Positions 20,879 to 29,832 of a DNA stretch of 64,000 bases are shown here, one piece after another; position 1 is the first letter of the stretch; each line of letters opens with the position of its first letter. The position numbers were made by a program, and so were the translations under genes. Source of the DNA: an uncultured Calditrichaceae bacterium (GTDB lineage Bacteria; Zhuqueibacterota; Zhuqueibacteria; Oceanimicrobiales; Oceanimicrobiaceae); the NCBI GenBank assembly GCA_964455375.1, contig CAYVXE010000002.1, positions 7,753 through 71,752 of the forward strand. Reading direction: 5' to 3'. The notes beneath the pieces were generated by a model, which was not told the DNA's origin, did no database searches, and worked only from the letters and a program-made list of their open reading frames with translations.

Positions 20879-22225
20879 TTACTGAGTGACTTTTTTTACC
20901 TTTAAAACAAGGTGATCAATTGCGATGACTTCAATCTTGTCACCCGATTTAATCGAATCTTCACTTACTGCTTTCCAAATTTCACCATGTATCTTTACGG
21001 TTCCTTCCGGCGAAATGTTGGTGTAGGCGACACCGGTTTCACCGATAAGCCCCTGTTTGCCGGTGGTTACTTTCGTCCGATAGGTTTTAAATGCCAGACT
21101 AAATGCAAAAACAAAAAATGCAGCCGTAAACAGAACAACCGTGACAATCAAATTCAGCGAAATGGATAAAACCGGCATAAAATTGTCCGGTGGTTGTTTG
21201 ATCAGCATTAAAGAACCGAGCAGCATGGAGATAATGCCTCCGATGGTTAAGAGTCCGTAACTGGTTATTTTAACTTCAAGTATAAATAAAACAATCGCCA
21301 ACAAGATGAGGAGCAACCCCGCATAATTTACTGGCAGTGTCTGTAATGAAAAAAAGGCAAGGATGAGAAAGATCGCACCGACAACGCCAGGAAAAATTGA
21401 TCCGGGGTTCGATAGTTCGAAGAACAGTCCATAAATTCCAAGCATCATCAAAATATACGCTACATTCGGATTCGAAATTTTTTCAAGAATTTTGTAACGA
21501 AAATTCATTTTTCGGTAAACAATCGTAACATTTTTTGTGTCTAACGTATATTTGCCGGTGGAAACATTCACAGTTAATCCGTTTATCTGTTGCAGCAGGC
21601 TATCGACTGAAGGAGAAATAAAGTTGATAACATTCAGCTTTAAGGCTTCTTTTTCGGTAATGGAAACACTTTCACGGACCGCTTTTTCAGCCCATTCGGC
21701 ATTGCGGCCGCGCTTTTCTGCTAATGCTTTAATTTGCGCCACCGCATCGTTGGTTATTTTATCTCCCATCACCGATGTTGTGTCAGCACCGCCACCGATA
21801 TTTACCGGATGCGCAGCGCCGATATTGGTGCTTGGCGACATGGCTGCAATGTGGGAGGCATAGGTAATAAAGACGCCTGCTGAAGCAGCTCTTGCCCCTT
21901 GTGGCGCGACATATATGATGATCGGAATTTTAGCGGCCAGAAATCGTTTTGTAATTTGCCTCGTTGACTCTAACAATCCTCCCGGTGTATCGAGTTCGAT
22001 AATGAGTGCATGTGCGCCGGAGGCTTCAGCCTTATCAATGGATCTGGTAATAAACTCTGAAGAAACCGGGGTGATAATACTTTCAACTTGAATGACATGT
22101 ACCGTCTTCTCAGGCGCATTTTTCTCGGATGTAAACGGCTTTGCATAAACAGCAAAAGACATTAAAAATGTGGCAATGACAACAATTGTTTGGAAATGAC
22201 GACTTGACGACGTTCTGGTATTCAT
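20879..22225 (-). CDS. NfeD-family membrane-bound ClpP-class serine protease
   Basis: 448 aa. N-terminal ClpP-like protease domain (GGLLEST, ARAASAG), central multi-TM region, and C-terminal NfeD OB-fold (GTVKIHGEIWKA). It sits immediately upstream of the stomatin gene, a known conserved pair. Confidence 0.9.
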   Translation of the reverse strand: MNTRTSSSRHFQTIVVIATFLMSFAVYAKPFTSEKNAPEKTVHVIQVESIITPVSSEFITRSIDKAEASGAHALIIELDTPGGLLESTRQITKRFLAAKIPIIIYVAPQGARAASAGVFITYASHIAAMSPSTNIGAAHPVNIGGGADTTSVMGDKITNDAVAQIKALAEKRGRNAEWAEKAVRESVSITEKEALKLNVINFISPSVDSLLQQINGLTVNVSTGKYTLDTKNVTIVYRKMNFRYKILEKISNPNVAYILMMLGIYGLFFELSNPGSIFPGVVGAIFLILAFFSLQTLPVNYAGLLLILLAIVLFILEVKITSYGLLTIGGIISMLLGSLMLIKQPPDNFMPVLSISLNLIVTVVLFTAAFFVFAFSLAFKTYRTKVTTGKQGLIGETGVAYTNISPEGTVKIHGEIWKAVSEDSIKSGDKIEVIAIDHLVLKVKKVTQ

Positions 22226-22227
22226 AT

Positions 22228-22452
22228 TTATTTTTTGTTAAAGAAATAAAAAACGAGAGATAAAATAATACTTATTAAAATAGACGTCGTTAGAGGGAAA
22301 AAGATAGTAACATTCTTTTTCTTGATCAAAATATCTCCGGGTAATTTCCCCAAAAAAGGAATATGCTTGATTGAGATTAGTAGAAGTCCAACGCCTAAAA
22401 GAATGATTCCCAGGAGAATGAGGAATTTACCAATAGACTCAATGTTGAACAT
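22228..22452 (-). CDS. DUF2905-family small membrane protein
   Basis: FLGKLPGDILIKKKNVTIFFPLTTSILISIILSLV is characteristic of the family. I prefer the internal ATG (74 aa) over the TTG at 22512 given by the ORF track, but the start is uncertain. Confidence 0.6.
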   Translation of the reverse strand: MFNIESIGKFLILLGIILLGVGLLLISIKHIPFLGKLPGDILIKKKNVTIFFPLTTSILISIILSLVFYFFNKK

Positions 22453-22641
22453 GATCGGAATACCTTGTTCAAAAATGTTTGTAAACAAATCTTCATTGGG
22501 TAAAGGCCACAAAACAACTTAGTCATTCACATAGTGAAAATCAACATAATTTAACAGATGTTTAATTCAGGTCAAAAAAATGAAGCCGTTAATATTTCTT
22601 GCACAACAGCCGAAAAATAAAAACAGAAGCTGTTTTTGTTC

Positions 22642-22670
22642 TTGACTTTTTTGATGAATTTTGTTACACT
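22642..22670 (+). promoter_or_regulatory. Promoter of the stand-alone sRNA
   Basis: TTGACT (22642-22647), 17-nt spacer ending in TGT, TACACT (22665-22670). This is an extended -10 architecture. Confidence 0.5.
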
Positions 22671-22676
22671 ACCAAT

Positions 22677-22871
22677 ACGCGATCCCTGATATTTCATCGT
22701 GTGGTTAAATCAAAGAGCGAATAACTAAATATTGGGAGCTTAGCTCTGGGCGTGTATTGCATGCCTCAACTTCATATCGAAGTAAGTGGACGCAAAAAGC
22801 GAACAGGCGGTGCCCACCGTGTCTAACGCGGTTCTTTGATCTCCACACAGAATTTCAGGGATTTTTATTTT
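22677..22871 (+). ncRNA. ssrS: About 195-nt structured sRNA, best guess 6S RNA (SsrS)-like
   Basis: No coding potential and no downstream plus-strand gene. The 5' and 3' ends pair over a long interrupted rod: 22682-22689/22855-22862, 22699-22704/22843-22848, 22709-22716/22833-22840 and 22717-22719/22827-22829. There are internal hairpins, and it ends in TTTTTATTTT. Confidence 0.5.
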
Positions 22872-22918
22872 GAAGTGTTATAAATATTGATGAGGACTGA
22901 TTTCCCCTGAATGTTCTC

Positions 22919-24460
22919 TCAATAAGCCACTCCAAACACTCTGTCTAAACTACGATATTGTATTGCTTCACTGACAAATTCGGGACGGATGTCCGCTGCG
23001 CCTTCGATATCAGCAATGGTTCTCGAAACCTTTAATATGCGGTCGTAGGCACGTGCAGATAACCCTAATTTTGTAATGGCCATCTTTAAGAGTTCTTCAC
23101 CGGTGGAATCAATCTTACAATATTGCCTGATTTCCTTCGATTCCATACGGGCATTATTAAACAAATGTGGTATGGCATTAAAGCGGTTTTGTTGGATTAG
23201 CCGTGCATGTTTCACTCTTCTTCTGATTGAATCTGAACTTTCTCCGTTAATCTCACTGGAAAGTTCTTTATAACGCACCGCTGGTACTTCAATTTGAATG
23301 TCAATGCGGTCTAACAACGGCCCTGAAATTCGGGCCAAGTATTTTTGAATTTGCGGCGGGGTGCATGAACATTCATTGTTCGGGTCGGTATGAAAGCCGC
23401 ATGGACATGGGTTCATGGCAGCGGCTAACATGAATTCAGCGGGATAGGTGAGAGAAAGTGCTGCTCTGGAAATAGTGACTTTACCGTCCTCCAATGGCTG
23501 GCGCATCACTTCCAGTACGTTTTTCTTGAATTCTGGAAGTTCGTCTAAAAACAAAACGCCGTGGTTCGCAAGGCTGACTTCTCCGGGTTTTGGCACATGC
23601 CCCCCGCCAATTAAACCGGCGTCGCTAATTGTGTGGTGCGGAGACCTGAACGGTCTGGTCGCAATTAATGCGGTATCCGCTGGTAACAAACCGGCCACTG
23701 AGTGAATTTTAGTCGTTTCCAGGGCTTCTTCTAAGGTGAGGTCGGGAAGGATTGTGGGAAATCGTTTGGCCAGCATCGTTTTTCCCGACCCGGGAGGCCC
23801 CACCATGAGAATGTTATGACCGCCTGCGGCTGCAACTTCCAAAGCTCGTTTTACATGTTCCTGGCCTTTAACATCTGAAAAATCCAATTTATAATGGCGA
23901 CTATTTAAAAACACTTCTTCAATATTGACCTCATAACTTTTTGGCTGAGATTTATGATTGAAAAAGTCGACGGTTTCCTTTAGTGACGACATGGGATACA
24001 CATCAACCTTTTTCGAAATTGCCGCTTCCTTTGCATTTTCCAGAGGGAGGATTATACCTTTTACCCCGGCCTTTTGTGCGGCCATGGTTATAGGTAAAAC
24101 ACCCTTAACGGGGCGGAGCGTTCCATCTAAAGATAATTCACCTAAAATTAAGTATTTTTGTAGCAACTCCGGGTTTACATGCCCTAACGCGGTAAGTATC
24201 CCCATCGCGATAGGTAAGTCGAAACCGGAACCTTCTTTTTTGATATCTGCGGGAGCTAAGTTGATGGTAATCCTTTTTTCGGGGAATTTAAAATTGGAGT
24301 TTTTAATGGCGCCATTCACGCGTTCTTTAGATTCCTTAACCGCACCCTCGGGTAGTCCGACAATTGTAAATTTTGGCAGTTGGCGCTCAATGTGGGCTTC
24401 AACATCTACAATATAGGCGTCGATACCAAGAACCGCAGCGCTTAAAACTTTTGCAAACAT
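22919..24460 (-). CDS. comM: YifB/ComM-family Mg-chelatase-like AAA+ ATPase
   Basis: 513 aa. N-terminal Lon-protease-like domain, Walker A GPPGSGKTM, Walker B VLFLDELPEF, and a C-terminal Mg-chelatase subunit ChlI-like tail. Confidence 0.9.
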   Translation of the reverse strand: MFAKVLSAAVLGIDAYIVDVEAHIERQLPKFTIVGLPEGAVKESKERVNGAIKNSNFKFPEKRITINLAPADIKKEGSGFDLPIAMGILTALGHVNPELLQKYLILGELSLDGTLRPVKGVLPITMAAQKAGVKGIILPLENAKEAAISKKVDVYPMSSLKETVDFFNHKSQPKSYEVNIEEVFLNSRHYKLDFSDVKGQEHVKRALEVAAAGGHNILMVGPPGSGKTMLAKRFPTILPDLTLEEALETTKIHSVAGLLPADTALIATRPFRSPHHTISDAGLIGGGHVPKPGEVSLANHGVLFLDELPEFKKNVLEVMRQPLEDGKVTISRAALSLTYPAEFMLAAAMNPCPCGFHTDPNNECSCTPPQIQKYLARISGPLLDRIDIQIEVPAVRYKELSSEINGESSDSIRRRVKHARLIQQNRFNAIPHLFNNARMESKEIRQYCKIDSTGEELLKMAITKLGLSARAYDRILKVSRTIADIEGAADIRPEFVSEAIQYRSLDRVFGVAY

Positions 24461-24696
24461 GTATAAATATCAGATTTTTGAGGTGAAAGACAAATTCGTT
24501 AACAAAGTAACAAACTGTGCCATATTTGTCAAATAAAACATGCGGCCACTCAAAAAATAGGAACTCAATTCGTCAAAATGAGTTAGAATAGAAACAATGA
24601 TTTTTAATCAGATACAGCGAAGTTGAAAAAGTGACGTGGCGGGTTTAGTACAAGCGGAATTTTAATAGATGTGAAAATTTCTTTTGTTCATTGAAA

Positions 24697-24731
24697 GAAT
24701 GTCGAAATAAAAATACCTTGTTTCGGCATTC
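24697..24731. promoter_or_regulatory. Inverted repeat about 110-145 bp upstream of the sigma54-like element (possible activator site)
   Basis: gaatgtcgaaa (24697-24707) pairs with tttcggcattc (24721-24731), 10/11 complementary, with a 13-nt spacer. Any function is speculative. Confidence 0.2.
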
Positions 24732-24840
24732 TTAATTTAAAAGGCAATTCATGAATTGTCTCAGCATCGTACAGGAAAAGGTTTATGGAGATGAGTCTTG
24801 CGTCGCTGTAAGTTCTTTAAAAGTTAAAATTGTTTTGTGT

Positions 24841-24856
24841 TGGCATAAAATTTGTA
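24841..24856 (+). promoter_or_regulatory. Candidate sigma54 (-24/-12) promoter upstream of prkA
   Basis: TGGCATaaaatTTGTA compared with consensus TGGCACG-N4-TTGCW. The GG to G spacing is correct, but the -12 C is replaced by T. It lies about 60 nt upstream of the start codon. Confidence 0.3.
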
Positions 24857-24918
24857 AATACCTTTATTAAAACCTTTTTCCAAGTATTAAATCCTCATAG
24901 CTAATGGAGGTGCATAAT

Positions 24919-27012
24919 ATGAGCGCAAAAGAACAATCCCTCAAGTCGGCTTCTTCCTCTTCAGATAATAGCATTATTTCCATCATAAAAAATTTACAGA
25001 ATGTTGACATCTACCATCAACTAAACTGGGAGGGTACTTTTACAGATTATCTCGAAATCGTTAAGAAAAATCCGCGGGTGACGAGAAACGCATTTCAGCG
25101 TTTATACGATATGATTGTTTCATACGGAACGGAAGAGTACAATGAACACAATGAGAAAATTGTAAAATATAAATTCTTCGATGATCCCATTGACAATGGA
25201 AAAGATGCTGTTTTCGGGCTTGTAAAGCCACTTTCAAAATTTGTGAATTTGATAAAGTCCGCTGCAAAGGGCTATGGCACGGAAAAACGGGTGTTCTTGC
25301 TGCATGGTCCTGTAGGTAGTGCAAAAAGTACGATTGTGCGTTTACTGAAAAAAGGGCTTGAGGCGTACTCGAAAACGGAAGAGGGGGCGTTATATACATA
25401 CTCTTGGAAAGTCGAGGGAGAAGACGGAAAAGAATGTTGGGAAGACAGCCCCATGCATGAAGAACCGTTGAAGCTTATTCCGGAAGAATTTCGGGCTCAG
25501 GTTCTCGCTGAACTGAACAAAGGGAATTCAGACGAAGATACTGTGAGAATAGAAGGCGAACTAAATCCGTTCTGTCGCCAAACCTATCGTGAGAAAAGTA
25601 TTAAATATGATGGTGATTGGACGAGGATTATTCAGGACATCAAAGTCCACCGCCTTATTTTGTCTGAAAAAGATCGGGTTGGCGTAGGGACATTTCAACC
25701 AAAAGATGAAAAAAATCAGGATTCAACGGAACTCACCGGTGATATCAATTATCGAAAAATTGCACTGTACGGATCAGATTCTGATCCGAGGGCGTTTAAT
25801 TTTGATGGAGAACTCAATATTGCCAATCGTGGGTTAGTTGAATTTATTGAAGTATTAAAATTAGATGTAGCTTTTCTCTATGATTTGTTGGGAGCATCTC
25901 AGGAACACAAAATAAAGCCTAAGAAATTTGCACAAACTGACATCGATGAAGTCATTATCGGGCACACAAATGAGCCGGAGTACAGGAAGTTACAGTCGAA
26001 TGAATTTATGGAAGCGTTGCGCGACCGAACGGTGAAAATTGACATTCCGTATATCACGAAATTAGGGGATGAAATCAAAATTTACGAAAAGGATTTCAAT
26101 CCGGACAAAATCAAAGGCAAGCACATTGCACCTCACACCATTGAAACCGCTGCCATGTGGGCGGTTTTGACGAGATTAGAAGAGCCCAAAAAAGCACAGC
26201 TAACGCTGATGCAAAAATTAAAGCTCTACGACGGAAAAAGTTTACCGGGGTTTACGGAAGATAATATTAAGGAACTCAGAATGGAGTCCGTCCGTGAAGG
26301 GATGGATGGTATTTCTCCAAGATACATACAGGACAAAATTTCCAACGCGCTGGTGAGCGATGAAGCGAGTACCTGCATTAACCCATTTATGGTGATGAAA
26401 GAGTTAGAAGAGGGACTGCGGCATCATTCTTTGATTACAAATGAAGAGCAGCGTAAACGTGTTAGGGAACTTCTAAGTGTGGTAAAGGAGGAATACTCCG
26501 ATATTGTAAAGTCGGAAGTACAAAGGGCCATTGCAGCAGATGAGGAGGCCCTGAAACGTCTGTGCGGAAATTATATTGACAATTTAAAAGCCTATACACA
26601 AAAAGAAAAAGTGAAGAATAAGTACACTGGTGAGAATGAAGAACCGGATGAACGTTTAATGCGGTCTATCGAACAAAAAATCGATATTCCGGAAAGTCGC
26701 AAAGATGATTTCAGACGCGAAATTATGAACTATATCGGGGCTTTGGCCTTAGAAGGGAAATCGTTTGATTACCGGTCTAATGAACGTTTACAGAAAGCAC
26801 TTGAGCTGAAACTGTTCGAGGATCAAAAAGATACCATAAAACTGACATCACTCATTTCCAATGTCATCGATAAAGAAACACAGGAAAAAATTGACGTGGT
26901 GAAATCACGGATGAAAAAGTATTTCGGTTATAATGATGAAAGCGCCACAGATGTTTTAAACTATGTGGCGAGTATTTTTGCCAGAGGCGACATCAAAGAG
27001 TCCTTAAAATAA
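24919..27012 (+). CDS. prkA: PrkA/YeaG-family serine protein kinase (AAA+-like N-terminus)
   Basis: [12 protein letters not shown] Walker A and a long conserved PrkA C-terminal domain. I prefer the ATG at 24919, preceded by GGAGG at 24906-24910, over the ATG at 24904. Confidence 0.92.
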   Translation: MSAKEQSLKSASSSSDNSIISIIKNLQNVDIYHQLNWEGTFTDYLEIVKKNPRVTRNAFQRLYDMIVSYGTEEYNEHNEKIVKYKFFDDPIDNGKDAVFGLVKPLSKFVNLIKSAAKGYGTEKRVFLLHGPVGSAKSTIVRLLKKGLEAYSKTEEGALYTYSWKVEGEDGKECWEDSPMHEEPLKLIPEEFRAQVLAELNKGNSDEDTVRIEGELNPFCRQTYREKSIKYDGDWTRIIQDIKVHRLILSEKDRVGVGTFQPKDEKNQDSTELTGDINYRKIALYGSDSDPRAFNFDGELNIANRGLVEFIEVLKLDVAFLYDLLGASQEHKIKPKKFAQTDIDEVIIGHTNEPEYRKLQSNEFMEALRDRTVKIDIPYITKLGDEIKIYEKDFNPDKIKGKHIAPHTIETAAMWAVLTRLEEPKKAQLTLMQKLKLYDGKSLPGFTEDNIKELRMESVREGMDGISPRYIQDKISNALVSDEASTCINPFMVMKELEEGLRHHSLITNEEQRKRVRELLSVVKEEYSDIVKSEVQRAIAADEEALKRLCGNYIDNLKAYTQKEKVKNKYTGENEEPDERLMRSIEQKIDIPESRKDDFRREIMNYIGALALEGKSFDYRSNERLQKALELKLFEDQKDTIKLTSLISNVIDKETQEKIDVVKSRMKKYFGYNDESATDVLNYVASIFARGDIKESLK

Positions 27013-27029
27013 ATCCGTGGTTCACGACA

Positions 27030-28133
27030 ATGGTAAAGAGAATCGACAGAGATCAGGCGCGCTTTCGCCATATCATTCGCGGCAAAGTAAAGAAAAATTT
27101 AAAGAAGTACATCACGCGCGGTGAATTGATTGGGAAAAAGGGTAAGGATTTTGTCAGCATCCCGATTCACCAGATAAACATTCCCCGCTTTCGTTTTGAT
27201 ACCCGAAAATCCGGTGGTGTTGGTCAGGGGGAAGGCGCGGTTGGCACACCCGTTGGCAAGGGCGATGAAGGGATCATTCCCGGAGCCGGCGAAGCCCCTG
27301 GCAGGCATATTCTGGAAGTGGATATTTCCATTGAAGAATTGGCAAAACTGATGGGTGAAGAATTAGAATTACCTAACATTCAACCGAAGGGTAAGAAAAA
27401 CATTACATCGGTGAAAGATAAGTACAAGGGAGTCAGCACCACAGGACCGGAATCTTTACGTCATTTTAAGCGAACGTACCGCGAGGCACTAAAGCGGCAA
27501 ATCATTAATCAAACCTATAATCCTCTGAATCCCATTATCATTCCCATTCGTGAAGATAAGCGTTATCGCACCTGGAAAGAAACCAACTTACCGGAAAGTA
27601 ATGCTGTCATTATTTATATGATGGATGTTTCCGGCTCTATGGGTGACGAGCAAAAAGAAATCGTGCGTATGGAATCTTTCTGGATCGACACATGGCTTAA
27701 TTTCCAGTATAAAAATATCGAAACCCGGTACATTATCCATGATGCAATTGCACGGGAAGTGGATAGTGAAACATTTTACCATACGCGTGAAAGCGGCGGG
27801 ACGATTATCTCATCTGCATACAAATTAGCGGATAAAGTTATCGGGGAGTCGTATCCCGCAGACGAATGGAATATCTATTTGTTCCATTTTTCCGATGGTG
27901 ACAATTGGGGTGAAATTGATACAGGTGAATGTGTGGAACTTTTGAGCAATAAGTTACTGCCGAAAGTCAATCTGTTTTGTTATGGTCAGGTTGAAAGTCC
28001 TTACGGCAGCGGTCAATTCATTCGTGACCTTGATGAACACTTGCAAGAGGAAGAAAAAGTTGTTTTGTCTGAAATCCCGGACAAAGACGGCATTTATGAA
28101 TCCATAAAGTTATTCTTAGGAAAAGGAAAATAG
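27030..28133 (+). CDS. YeaH/YhbH-family DUF444 protein (vWA-like)
   Basis: 367 aa. N-terminal [23 protein letters not shown] and a vWA-like MMDVSGSMG motif. It sits in the conserved position between prkA and spoVR. Confidence 0.9.
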   Translation: MVKRIDRDQARFRHIIRGKVKKNLKKYITRGELIGKKGKDFVSIPIHQINIPRFRFDTRKSGGVGQGEGAVGTPVGKGDEGIIPGAGEAPGRHILEVDISIEELAKLMGEELELPNIQPKGKKNITSVKDKYKGVSTTGPESLRHFKRTYREALKRQIINQTYNPLNPIIIPIREDKRYRTWKETNLPESNAVIIYMMDVSGSMGDEQKEIVRMESFWIDTWLNFQYKNIETRYIIHDAIAREVDSETFYHTRESGGTIISSAYKLADKVIGESYPADEWNIYLFHFSDGDNWGEIDTGECVELLSNKLLPKVNLFCYGQVESPYGSGQFIRDLDEHLQEEEKVVLSEIPDKDGIYESIKLFLGKGK

Positions 28134-28161
28134 AGTCCATCGTTAAACTGGTGTCGTTTAA

Positions 28162-29637
28162 ATGAATTTACCTCAAAACTTAGAACATATTAAAGAACAA
28201 ATCCGTGCATACGCCGAAGGCTACCATCTCGATTTTTTTGAGACTATATTTGAACTGGTTGAGTTTGATGAGTTAAATGAGGTTGCAAGCTACGGAGGAT
28301 TTCCAACCCGCTATCCACATTGGCGTTTTGGTATGGAGTTTGAGGAATTGTCGAAAGGATATGAATTTGGTCTGCAAAAAATTTATGAGCTCGTCATCAA
28401 CAACGACCCCTGCTATGCTTATTTAATGACAAGCAACAGACTCGTTGATCAGAAACTGGTCATGGCACATGTTTATGGCCATTGTGATTTTTTTAAGAAC
28501 AATTTGTGGTTTTCAAAAACCAACCGCAAAATGATGGATGAAATGGCCAATCATGCCGTAAAAGTACGGCGAATCATCGAAAAATATGGAGAAGAGCCGG
28601 TAGAAGATTTTATTGAAGTTTGTCTTTCACTGGAAAATTTGATCGACCCGCATTTACCTTTTATTAAACGATCAAGTGATGAGACGCAAGCTGAATCTGA
28701 AGATTCAGTTCCGATAAAATTCAAAAGTAAGTCTTACATGGATGCGTTCATCAATCCATCCGCTTTTATGGAGGAACAAAAAAAGCTGATTGCTGAACAA
28801 AAACTGCTGACGAAACGAAAATTTCCAGAGGAACCCACACGGGATATTTTGAAATTCTTAATCGATTATGCACCGCTGGATAAATGGCAACAAGACATTC
28901 TGAACATTATTCGTAATGAATCCTATTATTTTACGCCTCAGGGTCAGACGAAAATCATGAATGAAGGCTGGGCCACCTACTGGCATTCAAAAATGATGAC
29001 TGAAAAAATATTGAATGATTCGGAGGTCATCGACTATGCTGATCACCATTCGGGAACATTGATGACTGCCAACGGTCGGCTGAATCCATATAAACTTGGG
29101 GTTGAGCTTTACCGGGATATCGAAGACCGATGGAATAAAGGAAAATTTGGTAAAGAATACGACGAATGTAAAGATTTACAGGAGAGAAAAAATTGGAATA
29201 AGGATGTTGGTCTCGGTCGAAAAAAAATATTTGAAGTACGCAAAATGTACAATGACTTAATGTTTATCGATGCTTTTTTAACACCTGATTTTTGCCGCAA
29301 ACACAAGTTATTTGCATTTGATTACAACGATCGCTCAGATATGTATGAAATTTCCGATCGGGATTTTTCCATCATCAAAGAAAAACTTCTTTTTAGTCTG
29401 ACTAATTTCGGCCAGCCGTTTATATTTGTAGAGGATGCAAACTACCAAAATCGGGGTGAGCTTTATTTAATCCACCGGCATGAAGGGGTTGATTTAAAAA
29501 TTGATGAAGCGCAGGATACAATAAGCAATATCCACAAAATATGGACGCGGCCTGTGCATTTAGAAACAATTATCGATGAAGCAAAAACGCTCCTTTCTTT
29601 TGACGGTAAAGAACATCATGAAGTTGAGGTGGAATAA
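28162..29637 (+). CDS. spoVR: SpoVR/YcgB-family protein
   Basis: 491 aa containing YPHWRFGMEFE, AHVYGHCDFFKNN and NEGWATYWH motifs typical of SpoVR. Confidence 0.9.
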   Translation: MNLPQNLEHIKEQIRAYAEGYHLDFFETIFELVEFDELNEVASYGGFPTRYPHWRFGMEFEELSKGYEFGLQKIYELVINNDPCYAYLMTSNRLVDQKLVMAHVYGHCDFFKNNLWFSKTNRKMMDEMANHAVKVRRIIEKYGEEPVEDFIEVCLSLENLIDPHLPFIKRSSDETQAESEDSVPIKFKSKSYMDAFINPSAFMEEQKKLIAEQKLLTKRKFPEEPTRDILKFLIDYAPLDKWQQDILNIIRNESYYFTPQGQTKIMNEGWATYWHSKMMTEKILNDSEVIDYADHHSGTLMTANGRLNPYKLGVELYRDIEDRWNKGKFGKEYDECKDLQERKNWNKDVGLGRKKIFEVRKMYNDLMFIDAFLTPDFCRKHKLFAFDYNDRSDMYEISDRDFSIIKEKLLFSLTNFGQPFIFVEDANYQNRGELYLIHRHEGVDLKIDEAQDTISNIHKIWTRPVHLETIIDEAKTLLSFDGKEHHEVEVE

Positions 29638-29754
29638 TGGTCATTTCTCGCGACTGCGTCAATCAAAAAAGGAAATACACTGTTTTGCGAAAACCGAAAC
29701 AGAATAATTTAAATCAAAAATTCATTGTTTATTTATTTTCAAAACCGTAAAATT

Positions 29755-29781
29755 AGCAGGTGGATGTACGCCTGCTTTTTT
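29755..29781 (+). terminator. Rho-independent terminator after spoVR
   Basis: 8-bp stem agcaggtg (29755-29762) / cgcctgct (29769-29776) with one G.U pair, a 6-nt loop, and a T-run to 29781. Confidence 0.7.
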
Positions 29782-29832
29782 GTGTCCGATAATCAGCTTG
29801 TGAATATGTAAACTATGGAGTTGTTTGTTTTG

